DNA of 64,000 nucleotides from Octopus vulgaris (GCA_951406725.2 OX597815.1:114948001-115012000), one strand, 5' to 3'. Positions 13,521-26,997 are shown, counted from the first letter of the stretch. A program made the numbers and translations. Notes: generated by a model not told the origin, from the sequence alone.

Positions 13521-14149
13521 TCCTTTCCTCTTTATAGCTTTTTATACTGTTCACTTTTCTGTCTTTTTATGTTTTATTCTGTGTACTGTGCATGTACTTC
13601 TAGTTTATATTGGTGTCTTTTTATTTGACTTATGGCTGCTTTCTGTCCCTCTTTTAACCTTTTCTAAAGAGTTGTAGTTCACTTTAGCACTGTATTGTTT
13701 TTATTAGTTTACAAGAATTATATAAGAATGTTCTCCAGACATTCTCTCTGGATTGCTAATGACCCAGAGAAAATGTCCAGAGAATTAAAAAGTTTAAAAA
13801 TTCTTCCTGGTAAAGTCTAAAATGTGTGTTTGAGAATATTTGAATTAAATTGCTAACAGTCAGTGTGTCAAAATGTATTTATGTGTGTAGTGTACAGATG
13901 TCCTTTGTAGTGTAAAGAAATAATTACATGTGTGAATGCAGGGTAAGTTTAAATATTTGTTGATACTAGTTTCTGACAAGTGTGTGGTGTGTATATATAA
14001 ACAAGCTTGTTAGTAGTCCTGGTATCAAAACTTGATGTTGCAGTTTAGATACTAGGCCCTGAAAGCACACAGGACTTAGAACAGAACAGTAAATATTTAG
14101 GAAGATATTATTACCTCAGCAGACAACAAAGGAATTCATTCTTCAAATA

Positions 14150-14590
14150 AGGGGTTAGGACTGATGATGCTTGTATAAAAAATGTAAGATGCATAGTAGC
14201 AAAACATGGGCACTGAATACAGAGAGCAAGTGAAGACTGGAAACAAATGTTAGTATTCTATTGGGTGTGTAATGCTAGAGTGCATGAGCAACAGAGCATA
14301 AATGAGCTTTAAGAAAAACTGTCTATAAGAAATATCAGATGGGATATGTATAGCAGATGACAAATGGATGAAGAAGTACTAAATGAAACCAGTAAAAGAA
14401 GACTAGGGAAGTCATGGTAAGGTAAGAAATGGAAAGACTGATCTCACAAAAGGGATGACAAAAGCTATCAAATGTGGTATGACACTGTACTGGAGAAGAC
14501 TCATCCAATTCATAGAAGCATGGAAAAACAGAAATAAAAATTATGACAAAGATGATGACGACGACGACTATGATGATGATTATGATGATA
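14150..14590 (+). mobile_element. highly decayed RTE 3' fragment
   Basis: Similar to 21040-21420 (GAAGACTGGAAACAAATG...GGAAGA..AGGGAAG.CATGG) and ends in (GAT/GAC)n. Confidence 0.55.
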
Positions 14591-14593
14591 TAT

Positions 14594-14910
14594 GTGAAGG
14601 CACGTGGCTTAGTGGTAAGGGCATTTGGCTCAGAAGTGTAAGGTCGTTAGTTCAATTCCTGGCAAAGCATTGTGTCCTTAAGCAAGACACTTTATTTTAC
14701 ATTGCTCCATTCCACTCAGCTGGCAAAAATGAGTAGTATCTGTATTTCGAAGGGCCTGCCTAGTTATACCGGATCTCACTGAGAACTACATTAAGGGTAC
14801 ACGTGTCTGTGGAGTGCTCAGCCACTTGCACGTTAATTTCACAAGCGAACTGTTCCATGATCATATCAGCTGGGACCCTTGTCATCATAACCAATGGAGT
14901 GCTCCTTTTT
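14594..14910 (+). mobile_element. tRNA-derived SINE (fourth family)
   Basis: GTGAAGGCACGTGGCTTAGTGGTAAGGG...GTTCAATTCCTGG...TTGTGTCCTTAAGCAAGACACTTTATT. Related copies on the minus strand at about 22780-23127, 29700-29990 and 45540-45740. Confidence 0.7.
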
Positions 14911-16429
14911 TGATGATATATATCATAATGAACAATAACAAAATGAAACAAGACAACAGAGGAGAAATAAGTTTCAACAAATATCATATTAGTTTAACTC
15001 TTAAAAAGTAAGTGAGAGGGAGTCTTAACATTTTTGCTGCTTGTCCTTTATCAGAAGAAAAACAAGAAGGAGTGAGGAAGATGAGAAATGGCTGAGAAGA
15101 AAGAGATAAAAGAGAAAATTGTATGTATAGGTGCAAGGTGCAGGCATGGCTGTGTGGTATGAAATTTGCTTACCAACCACATGTTCTAAGTTCAGTCTCA
15201 CTGCGCCTTCTACTATAGACTTGGCCAACAAAAGCATTGTGAGTGGACTTGGTTGAAAGAAACTGAAAGAAGCCCATTGTGTGTGTGTTTGTGTGTGTGT
15301 GTGAATATATATATATATATATATATCTATTTCAGAACTGCATTATTGCTGAATGAGGGGGTTCAAGCAGTCACGGTCCAAATCCTTTTTAGAAGTGTTG
15401 GTATCCACTCCACACATATATCCTTTATATTGTGATGGAAAACACTGAAGTGAGGTGGCTCCTTGAAATTTAGGCAATTGCAGTTATCTGGTACATGTTT
15501 GAGTGAAAGAAAGTGGAATTTTTGAATCTATGGGATGACTTACTGTTTGGAGATTTGTATAATTTTGAATACTGCAGATTGATACTAAAGACCTGAGGAC
15601 ATTCTAGATATAGAAAGTGATGACAATGATGGCGATGACAACAATGGCAATGACAACTATAGTGATGATAACAATGGTGACAACAATGTTATGTGTGATG
15701 ATAATATGTGTGTGTGCATGCATGTGTGTGTGTCTGTGTATGCATGAATGCATGTACATGTGTCTTCAAATTTGTTCTCACTGCCATTTGACAACTGCTG
15801 TTGGTTTTATGTCCCTGTAACAGCAGTTCAGTAAATGAGATGACAGAATAAGTACCAGACTTGAAAATGAGTACTAGGGTCAATTTGTTTGACTAAACTC
15901 TACAAGGTGGTGTCCTAGCATTTGTCACAGGCTGAAACAATTAAAGATAAATGTTATCTTAGTTCTTCACATTCCTAAACCAATGTAAATAATGATTTCG
16001 TAAACTGACACAAGTGCAGTAATTTGGTTATTTTGTAATTCTTGGTTAGATACATCATCAAAGTCATCCCACGTGTAAACATTGTATCTTTATTTTCTTT
16101 GTCACTCAGTTTCACATTAACAACTGGTTCTTGGAGCCTACCAGTGAAATCCAGTTTGTTGCAAGCATTCGAACCAGTGTCCAGGCTGAAGATTAAATTT
16201 TTCCTTTCGTTTCACCAGTTATAAAAACCCATTAAAAAGTCACAGCCACTGTTCTTTTTCCTCTGACAAATCCATATAAACAAATGAAAAAATGATTTTT
16301 TTTAAAAACAACAGGCTGTGATCTGAGGAAGATAAAAGTTTTGTCTCTAGCAGACCAAGATATTGAGATTAAGGTTCCCTCAATTGTCCAAAGGGAAGTA
16401 GGTATAGTCAACGGGTATTTATCTTAATG

Positions 16430-17148
16430 ATACTAACTTCAAAACTAAATTTCATGGTTATTCCAGTAATGTTGCTAAAAATTATCATCATGTAATGTCT
16501 GTGTTCCAAGCTGGCATGGATTAGATGGTCTGACAGGATCCAATGTGTCCAAGGAGTGTATCAAGTGTCAGTGTCTGCCTTGACATGGTTTTTACAGCTG
16601 GATGCCCTTTCTAATGCCAACTACTTTACTGCATGGACTGTGCTACTTACATTATTGAAGATGTCATGCAGTTTATAGGACTTTGAGCCCTGGTGGGGGT
16701 GGGGTCGACTTCATGCTAGGGATGAGGAGATTACTGGGGGTGGGGGAACAGAGCAGATACCTGCAGAGGGAACTGCATGGTTGTTCACATCTAATAGAAA
16801 AGTAGTGAGGAGAAAAAGAAAATGATCAACAGGGGCTGTAAGAAATAGATAATAGTAATAAGGTGCCCAGGTGGCCCCACAAGATACAAGCTGAGTAAAA
16901 GTGGGTGGGTGGGTGGTTTGCAATATTGCATGGGAAGGTGAATGTGAGGTAGGGAGGCAGACTGCCAAAATAGAATTGGTATTTTCCACATGTCACATTG
17001 TCTCAATAAACCTGACATATCTCAACAAAAAATAGTTTCAAACATGACATTCCTCAACAAAAGATAGATTGTTATATAAAACTGCTTTCTACTGTAAAGG
17101 TTAATGAAGATTTGAGTGAATATATCTGATTTCCGGAAAAAGGGTTCA
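16430..17148 (+). mobile_element. second copy of the piggyBac-like element at 12278, also with an RTE tail inside
   Basis: Shared AATTTCATGGTTATTCCAGTAA and AAAATAGTTTCA.ACATGAC.TTCCTCAACAAAAG...AAAAGGGTT. Confidence 0.55.
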
Positions 17149-17541
17149 ACTGATGATGGAAAGGAAGTTAGTAAACTAAATTCTGCAAGGCATTTTATCT
17201 GCCATTTTGCCATTTCTGAGTTTTCACTGAACAACTGAACTTCAGACTAGTGTAAATGAAATGATAAAATAAAAGACATTTACAAAGAGAAATTCCAGAA
17301 AAGGTTAAAAAGAAAACAACCTTTTGATAGATTTTTGAGAGGAAAAAAAAACTTTCTTTACCCTTCATACACAAAAGTAAACTCTCTCCCACTCCATAAC
17401 CCAACCATCTCCATATGTAAATGAGCTCTCAGTACACAAACTAGATAATATGGTGTTTGACAGGTCCCTGTTTAGGGTTTTGATTTCCTCTTCTCTACAT
17501 CCTTTTAAGTAACTCCAACACACATTTTCTAAGGGTATGCT

Positions 17542-17572
<31 letters not shown>

Positions 17573-18043
17573 TTGTGTGTGTGTGTATTTCTATATAGAG
17601 GAAGCTAGTTAATTGGCAAGAGTAATGATGTTCTTGTTACTGTTGTCGCTGGTGTTGTTTAACTCCTGGTCAGTCCTTTTGAAGCAAACCAATAATCAAA
17701 AACAATTCACCAAAGACTATTCCATCCATCTTTTTTTGTTTCAGGCATTTCGTTTCCTTGATTATATAACCTAATGTAACCGTTTTTAAAAAAAATTTCT
17801 TAAGACAATAAGGGGTAGTCTGAGGGAGATTTGGCTGCTATTTCTAGTAGCTTGAGCAACAACTTATTGGTTCTCTGGTTGTGGAGGTGGTAGTGGAGGT
17901 GGTGGTTGTTGTATTGCTAATGATACAAGGAGTGTGAATAGGAAAGGGAAGGTAGGGAATACCCATGTCTTTGTGGCTAGACCCATTGTTCAGTAAGATA
18001 TAGAATACATTATGCTGAACTGCTAAGCATCTCATCTAGAAGA

Positions 18044-18075
<32 letters not shown>

Positions 18076-19080
18076 GGAAGGGATGCTGGATCTTCGCCAG
18101 CTGTCTTTGCCACAGCAACCTAACAACAATACTTCATCCATCCAATACCCTCAACTCACACACATCATACTGAAAACAAATACAATACAAAGAAAAAGAG
18201 AAAAAACAATAATAATAGCATAACAACAGTTAGCAGTTGCCATGAGTCACCATTGGGTTCTGCAAAAAGGAGCAGGGTGGAGAGGAAAGAAGCTTAACTG
18301 TAATTTACCCTGGAATAAAGATTTATCAAGATGCTTTCTCCAGCCCTTTCACAACATGTGTATTGAGATTAATCTGCACACAAGAGGCAGACACACCGCA
18401 CACTAAAATATGTGTGTGTATGTATGTATGTATGTATGTATGTATGTATGTATGTATGTATGTATGCGTGTGTGTGTGTGCGTGTGTAAAGAGAGGGCGA
18501 GAGAGTGAAAGAGAGAGGAAGAATGAAAGTGAGGCATACAACCATACATGTTATGTCAAGGGTACAAAAAAAAAACATCTTGATATTGCTTACAAACAAA
18601 TATGATCGTGCGTGCATATATATGTACATAGGTTTAAACAAATGTGTATGCGGCATGGGGCCAGTTCATATGTGAGGAAGACCACTATTTCAATGATTTG
18701 TAACCTCCCCCCCCCTCTCTCTCTCTTTTGCACACACACACATACACATTTGTAAATCAGTATACAAACTATACATAGATAAGCAGATGAGCAACCAAAT
18801 AGATACAAAGATGAGGGCCACCTGATATTCCTTAGTCCCTGTGTTCCTAAAATGTTTGAAATTTTCATTTCTTACATCTACCATGATACTCTAATAGACT
18901 GTATAAACTGTTTTAATATATCTATAATGCTCTATAGTCAGGATGTATTTTAGGGTAGATTAAAAGCTTATGCTAAGTACCACTTGACTGGTGCCATTAT
19001 AAATTAATGACAAATATGTGGCTAATACACACACACACACACACACACACACATTTATATTCATATATATATACTAATTA

Positions 19081-19424
19081 TGGAGATGTACTTGCATAGC
19101 GAGTGACTTGATCTGAGATCGTGTGCTGGAACGAAAACAATTGCAGCGTGGAAGGTGTTTATAAGCCATTTAAGAAACACACAAAACCGTTAGATTCTCT
19201 TCAACATTTAAATTTAATTTGTCAAAATATTTTCGTCACTTTGAGACCATGACCTGTTCACTGACAAAGCTTTGTGCTGCATCTCGAAGCTTTGTCAGTG
19301 AACAGGTCACAGTCTCAAAGGGACGAAAATATTTTGACAAATTAAATTTAAATGTTGAAGAGAATCTAACGGTTTTGTGTGTTTCTTAAATGGCTTATAA
19401 ACACCTTCCATGCTGCAATTGTTT
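19081..19424. mobile_element. fold-back Penelope-type insertion with 138-bp inverted arms and a 12-13 bp target-site duplication
   Basis: Arms 19135-19272 and 19287-19424 with a 14-nt spacer. (T)ATATACTAATTA occurs at 19068-19080 and 19424-19436. Confidence 0.85.
19218..19268 (-). ncRNA. minimal type-I hammerhead ribozyme, G3-C8 variant
   Basis: TTTGTCA-GTGAACA-G-GTCAT ggtctcaaa GTGAC-GAAA-ATAT-TT-TGACAAA: 7-bp stem I, 5-bp stem II, palindromic stem III. Mirror copy on + at 19291-19341. Confidence 0.7.
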
Positions 19425-19433
19425 ATATACTAA

Positions 19434-19695
19434 TTAATAAAAGACAAAGGAAAAGAATGGGATCAACTTCATTAGCCTACAACTGTTTCTGCCATTAGAA
19501 GTAGTCACTCAGAGCTGAATGCTTGTGAATTTAAATGCTTCTTGAAATAAACATATACTTCATTTAATGGCTCTGAGGAAGTTATAGAATGTTTTACAAG
19601 CATTTAGCTCTGAGCATTTTGTTTCTAATAGCAGAAATAGCTGTAAGCTAATGAAGATGATTACTTTAACTCCTGTTCTCTTGTCATTTATTAAT
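19434..19695. mobile_element. older fold-back element with a hammerhead on + (19569-19649)
   Basis: Imperfect arms at about 19434-19530 and 19596-19695. GGCT-CTGAGGA(19573)-long stem II-GAAA(19634)-TAGCTG-TA-AGCT. Confidence 0.65.
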
Positions 19696-19968
19696 CAACA
19701 TTACACACTGTACACATCTAAAGCTTTACTCTAAGACATATATATACTGAATTTTTATAACAGCTGTTTTTTAGTATCACTATGCCTAAGTAAAATCAAT
19801 TTACATATATAATATACACACACACATATCATCATCATCATCATTTAACGTCCGTTTTCCATGCTAGCAAGGGTTGCACCAGGTTCCAATCTGATCTGGC
19901 AAGGTTTCTATAGCTGGATGCCCTTCCTAATGCCAACCACTCCAAGAGGGTATTTTTTACGTGCTACC

Positions 19969-20025
<57 letters not shown>

Positions 20026-20171
20026 TTTCATATTTATTATATACATTAGTGTAGCTGGGGTACTTTTGGGTCTGCTGTAGGCAATATGTGGTTTTTTGTG
20101 AGGTCTGGGGGCAACAAACGGAAGGGCCACCCCAGGTGGCACACACTAACTAAACTACTGCATATATTTAT

Positions 20172-21930
20172 GAGAAATACCTAGCCAAAGATAAACCCCT
20201 ATATTTGGCTTTTGTGAACTTAGAGAAAGCCTTTGATAGGGTACCCCGATCCCTTATCTGGTGGGCGATGCGTAAACTGGGGATTGACAAATAGTTAATA
20301 AGAGCTGTACAGGCCCTATACAGAGATGGCGTTAGTAGGTTTAGGATTGGAAATGAGTTATAGTGAAGAATTCCGGGTAGACGTTGGGGTCCACCAAGGA
20401 TCAGCCCTCAGCCCCCTCTTATTCATCATAGTCCTCCAGGCAATAACAGGAATTCAAGACAGGTTGCCCCTGGGAGCCCCTTTATGCTGATGACCTGGCC
20501 CTCATAGCAGAATTACTACCAGAACTAGAGAAGAAACTTCAAGTGTGGAAGCAAGGTTTAGAATTGAAGGGCCTTAGAGTCAAGATTTTAAAGACCAAAG
20601 TTCTAGTAAGTAGGAAGGCAAATACATCACATACCCCTTCAGGTAGGTGGCCTTGCTCAATCTGTTGCAAAGGTGTAGGTAGAAACTCCATACGATGAAC
20701 CCAGTGTAAGCTATGGACACATAAGAGGTGCAGCAACATCAAAGGAAGATTAACCAGGAAGATAGCTTTTGCGTGCAGCAGATAAACAGGGGCAATAAAC
20801 ACAACAGATGCTCAGAAAACAGACTCCACCACATGCCAGGGGGAGAAACTAGAAGTAGTTGATAGTTTCCGTTACCTAGGTGACCAAGTTAGTAGTGGAG
20901 GTGGATGCTCAGAGAGTGTCACCACTAGAATAAGAATAGCCCGGGCAAAGTTTAGAAAGCTTCTACTCCTACTCGTGACAAAGGGTCTCTCGCTCAAAGT
21001 GAAAGGTAGATTGTATGATGCATGTGTGCGAAATGCCATGCTTCACGGCAGTGAAACATAGGCTGTGACTGCTGAAGACATGTGTAGGCTTGAAAGAAAT
21101 GAAGTTACCATGATCCACTCTATGTGTAACATCAGTGTGCACACACAACAGAGTGTAAGCACCCTGAGAGAAATGTTAGGCATAAGAAGCATCGGATGTA
21201 GCACGCAAGAGAGACGTTTATGTTGGTATGATCATGTACTGTGGATGGACGAGGAGAGATGTGTGAAGAAGTGCCACTCCCAAACAGTTGGAAGGAATCT
21301 GAGGTAGAGGGAGACCCCGGAAGACATGGGATGAGGTGGTGAAGCATGACCTTCAAACGTTGGACCTCACAAAGGCAATGACAAAAGACCGAGACCTCTG
21401 GAGTTATGCTGTGACTGAGAAGACCCGGCAAACAAAGTGAGTTTGCAGCTGTAACCTACACCAGTGTCACATAACCAGCCCACTCAAAAATACCTTGGAT
21501 CGTAGGGTGACATGCCGTGCTTGAGGAGACCTATTGAGTCAAGTACATCAACATCAACATCAATATCAAAATGAAATCAAATGGAAATTGTAGTTGTGAC
21601 CCCCATGCCGGTAGCATGTAAAAAGCACCGTCCAAACGTGGCCGATACCAGTGCTACTTTGACTGGCTTCTGTGCTGGTGGCATGTAAAATGCACCATCT
21701 GATCATGGTTGATACTAGCTCCTCTGTCCCCTGTGCCAGTGACACGTAAAAAGCACCCACTACACTCACGGAGTGGTTGGTATTAGGAAGGGCACCCAGC
21801 TGTAGAAACACTGCCAGATCAGATTGGGGCCTGGTGCAGCCTCCTGGCTTCTCAGACCCCAGTTGAACCGTCCAACCCAGGCCAGCATAGAAAACAGACG
21901 TTAAACGATGATGATGATGATGATGATGAC
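20172..21930 (+). mobile_element. 5'-truncated RTE-clade LINE (RT pseudogene, 3' UTR and (GAT)n tail)
   Basis: LAFVNLEKAFDRVPR, GVHQGSALSPLLF, LYADDL, FRYLG, ERRLCWYDHV, with stops and frameshifts. Ends GACGTTAAACGATGATGATG. Confidence 0.92.
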
Positions 21931-21980
21931 GACACACACACATAAATATATATATATATATATACACACATACATATATA

Positions 21981-22392
21981 GGTGCAGATGTGGCTCTGTG
22001 TTAAGAAGCTTGCTTTCCAATCACATGGTTTCAGGTTCAGTCCTACTGCATGACACCTTGGGCAAGTGTCTCCTACTATAGCCTCAGGCCAACCAAAGCC
22101 TTGTGAGTGGATTTGGTAGATGGAAACTGAAAGAAGCCTTTTGTATGTATATATATGTGTGTGTGTGTGCGCGCATGCGCGTGTCTTTCTGTTGTCTGTT
22201 TGTCTTCCCACCACAACTTGACACCCGGTGTTGGTGTTCCTATAACTTAGTGGTTTGACAAAAGAGACTGATAAAATAAATACCAGGCTTAAAAAGATAA
22301 ATACTGGGGTTGATTCATTTGACTAAAAATTTAAGGTGGTGCCCCAGCATGGTCATAGTCTAATGACAGAATAAAGTAAAAGAATAAAAGAA
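21981..22392 (+). mobile_element. complete bipartite SINE (tRNA head, microsatellite, LINE-like tail)
   Basis: GGTGCAGATGTGGCTCTGTGTTAAGAAG head, central (TA)/(TG) tract, tail GGTGGTGCCCCAGCATGG...(AAAGAAT)n. Confidence 0.85.
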
Positions 22393-23654
22393 TATACACA
22401 CACATGCCCATATACAAAACACACATATGTATGTATGTACATATATTTGTGAAGAACAGTTAAAGCTTATTCCTTATTTATAAAAATTCTTTCATGGGAT
22501 TCAGGGAACATAATAATGCACCCCTTGTTAGATATCAATACAGAATCCTCGTCATTACTTTAATATATTTTCCCCATCTAATGGAACAATAAGTTAAATG
22601 GCTCTAGAAATACATCATTTCTGCACATATCTTAAATTTTTATCTTGCATTCCTTCACTACTTCTGAACACTGAGTTTTAAAAAAATTACCAAATTTCTG
22701 TTTCACTTCACATATTTGATCCTTTTATATTTAATGTTCTAGCATTCCCTATTCCCTTAAATATCCTAGCATGAACTGGCCAATCCCATTCAATGTGTTA
22801 GCATGTGCCATCTATTCTCATCTAGTATCCAAGCATAAGAGTAAAGACCATGAGATTGCACCAAGAAAGTTACCCTCCGAGGCACAAGTCCAGGCAAGGT
22901 TGTTTATGGAAGACCAGTAGTTGCCACTGATGTTGAAGGGAAAGACAAAGCCCGATATAGATTGACACCAGTGATGTTGCAACTTATTTCTACAGCTGAA
23001 TGAACTGGAGCAACATAAAGTAAAGTGTCTTGCTCAAGAACACAACACACAGTCAGGTCCAGGAATCGAACTTACTGCTTCATGATTGTGAGCCTGACGC
23101 TCTAACCACTGAGTCATATGCCTTCACAATATCCAAGCATGTATCAGTCATTCACATTTCATGACTATCCTGCAAATAAGGTCCAAGGTTTTGATAGCCA
23201 GTCATTTTCTTTGTTCATTTACTAAGTTAACACTGATGTACCACACTGCCATACCAATACACCAGTCTCTCCTCCTTTAGTCAGTCCTACTGTGTTTCAC
23301 CCTCATTCCAACCCTCCCCCACACTAAACACTATTATCAATCCTTCTTTTTCAGAACATCACCCACCCTATGTTACCCTCCCCCACCCTGTGTTTCCCCT
23401 CCCCCATCATGTTTTTTCCTGAAAACATTGACCTACATATGTTCAAACTGATCATTAATCATATAAATTTCATGAGTCCAGGGTGAGTCTGCAAAAGGTT
23501 ATGAGCCTTGCCCCTCCTTTTCTGAATAATTTAAAATCTTCCTTCATAACAACAGCTAATTGCATATCATATCAAAAAGAAGATGGTTTATGGGTGGGGG
23601 TGGGGGTCTTGGGACAAAAGAATCTTCATAAAAAGATTAAGAATTTTACATATA

Positions 23655-23809
23655 TAAGGAAGCTTGCATCCCAGCCAATTGGTTTTAGATTCAGTCCCAC
23701 TGCACAGCATCAGGGGCAAATGTTTTCTTCTATAGTACTGGGCCAACCAGAGACATGCGAGTTTGGTTGATGGAAACTGAAAGAAATTCCGTTGTATGTG
23801 TGTGTGTGA

Positions 23810-23895
<86 letters not shown>

Positions 23896-24125
23896 CTTTG
23901 TGTTTGTCCCCCATTACTGCTTGACAATCCGTGTTGGTTTGTTTACATTCCTGTAACTTAGCACTTCAGCAAAAGAGACCAGCAGGATAAGTACTGGGCT
24001 TAAAAAAAAAACAAATAAAAAAAAGAGAAAATATACACAGAGGTTGATTTGTTCAACTAAACTCTTTGAGGCAGAGCCCTAGCATGGCCACAGACCAATG
24101 ACTGAAGCAAGTACAAAATAAAAGA
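23655..24125 (+). mobile_element. bipartite SINE with an expanded (GA)n(GT)n centre
   Basis: Same head and tail as 21981-22392. Confidence 0.75.
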
Positions 24126-24237
24126 TAGCAATTCCCTAAATTTCTTCCACTCCTTTCAAATCCTAGTCCCTATGCCATCACTAACCATACCCACCATCCT
24201 AATACAATATAAAATATCACTAATGCTTCATTTGCTT

Positions 24238-25035
24238 AGTCCTTTAGCATTTAAATAGGCCATATCAGTCCCAGATATTCTACCTGTTCTATGTTTAACA
24301 CAAAGCACAACAGGCCATGATTGTGGCCCAGATAGATGCATTTAAATTATAGGCGTTTGTTGTGGTCTAATGTCACTCAGATGCTCTGATACTCCCTAAA
24401 ATGGCCTAGTGGTTAGAGCAGCGGACTCGCAGGTTTGAATCTCAGACCAGGCGATGTGTGTGTTTATGAGCGAAAACACCTAAGCTCCACGCGGCTCCGG
24501 CAGAAGGTAATGGCGAACTTCTGCTGACTCTTTCGCCACAACTTTCTCTCACTTTCCTCCTGCATCTTGCAGCTCACCTGTGACGGACCGGCGTCCCATC
24601 CGGGTGGGGAACCTATACGCCAAGAAACCGAGAAACCAGCCCTTATGAGCCAGGCATGGCTCGAGAAGGAACTCCCTAAAATGCAAGAGGACTAATAGTT
24701 CAACTAATGACTTTTCAGATGATGTAAAACTCACCACCATTATATACTAAGAAGATATTTTAACTATTTTTTTTTTTTTTAATGTGTGGATGGTAGTCTC
24801 ATTTTCATAAAATGTGCTCAGCAGTCCATGCTATGTAAGAGCAAATACCAGTGCTTTATGAGTTAAACCAGCCAGATCCTGACTCTCACACATACCCTAA
24901 AATATCAGAGTTAAATATATACGGTTATATCACTGAAATCTCAAAGCTACGAGGCTACGAGATAATGCATGATTAATTCAAAACAATTTGAATAAATATT
25001 ATATTTGACAGAGTAATCTGAATGCTAAAGGGTTA
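24238..25035. mobile_element. piggyBac-like MITE with nested insertions (SINE at about 24400-24672)
   Basis: Termini CCTTTAGCATT / AATGCTAAAGGG-TTAA. ACTCCCTAAAATG occurs on both sides of the nested SINE, TSD-like. Confidence 0.55.
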
Positions 25036-25344
25036 ATAAGCCCCATGATGTAAGTCTATCAATGCAGAGTTCAATGAACTAAAACATCAACACAAATCTC
25101 TACACAGTAGTCTGATCTACAGAAATAATAGCAATAGCTAAACCTTCCTCAAAATCACTGCCCCCTACCCCACAAAATAATAAAAGGATACATTAGACAA
25201 TGTTATCTTAGGGACATTTATGTTTAAATAAAAGATGGGATGGTCACAATTAGAAGGCCTTTGATCATAGGTCTACCCCAATCAAAGTTGACTTTGGACT
25301 AGAAAACAATAGTAACAGTAACAGCAATAACAATAACAACAGAA

Positions 25345-25414
<70 letters not shown>

Positions 25415-26460
25415 TTACTACTACTTGTCATTTAGGTGAGAGAACTTGTTTGTATGACTTATAGCGCAATATCAATACAGTTCAAAGTCTTTCATTCATA
25501 TTTTCTCATGCTGTCGTTTACCGCAGTGCACCTGGTGCACCTAAAATTCTGTTACCAGTCACTCTCAGACATTCCATACTGCACCTCTAGAGAACTCATT
25601 GTTGACTGACAACACAGTGTGAAGTTTCTGTACACACACACACAAACGCACGAATGCACACACACACACACACACACATATATATACATATACACATGCA
25701 TATATACATACGCATCAACCAAAAGGCTATTTTCTTGCTGCTGCTATTGCCGGGCTTAGGGGGAAGTGGTGATAGGAGTAGGGGTGGGTCTCCTGACACC
25801 AAGCAGCACCTTAGTCTTTAACATGTCCCTCGCAACAGATAACTGCTCATACAAATATTTACCCACTCACTCACACACTGTACAAATATATAGGTAATCA
25901 TCATCATCATCATCATCATCACCACCACCACCACCACTACCAATATCATCATCATTATCATAATTACTTCAACATGAAGTTATTTCATGCTGACATGGCT
26001 TAGAATGGTCTGTAAAACAACATCTTTCTTTGCTCACCCCACTCAGCTTTAAGTCAACCTTGTTTGTGACACCTAGCATATTTAAAAAGCCAGATGTTCT
26101 TATGCTTTTCTTTATTTTAAAAACCTATAAATCGAATGATTATCTGTGGCTTTTCTAAGTTCTTTTGGACTGCAGGATTAATTTTTGTGAAGATCCACAT
26201 GGTTAATATTCTGTTAGAATTGTAAGGGATTAGCAATTAGAAGCTAAATAAAAGCAGTGAGAAGAGCATAGTTCTGGAGTTAGAGTGGAGTAAGCTGCAC
26301 ACCTCCCATACTATCAGACATCTCCTACTCCGCACCACTCATTCTTGGCAGCCCTGTTCTGCCCTGTCCATTCCTACCCACCTTAGACCATGAAGGTCCA
26401 CTCTGACACCACAATACCACTTATATCACTTTCCAAACCCCCGCCACCCCCAAACATTCC

Positions 26461-26997
26461 CTTTACTCTTTTACTTGTTTCAGTCATTTGACTGTGGCCA
26501 TGCTGGAGCACCACCTTTAGTTGAACAAATCGACCCCAGGACTTAATCCTTGTAAGCCTAGTACATATTTTATCAGTCTCTTCAGCTGAACTGCTAAGTT
26601 ACAGGGACATAAACACATCAACATTGGTTGTCAAGCAATGGTGGTGGGGGGACAAACACTGACACATAAGCATATATATATATATATATATATATACAAT
26701 TTTTTAAGATGCTCGCTTTGAGAATTGCATTCCCTCGTGTTCGGTAAAATGTGTTTATTATGGTAGTTTTGACTTTAAGAGCCCCTCATAGCATGAGGCA
26801 TTTATGTAAAGTAATGCCCTTAATATAAATAACTATATGAGCTTCTTCCAGTTTCCATCTACCAAATCCACTCACAAGGCTTTGGTTGGCTTAAGGCTAT
26901 AGTAGAAGACACTTGCCCAAGGTGCCACGCAGTGGGACTGAACCCGGAATTATGTGGTTGGTAAGCAAGCTACTTACCACACAACCACTCCTGAACC
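26461..26997 (-). mobile_element. bipartite SINE with a foreign segment (about 26700-26835) in its (TA)n centre
   Basis: Tail 26461-26670 and head 26840-26997 are reverse complements of the common SINE. Confidence 0.8.
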
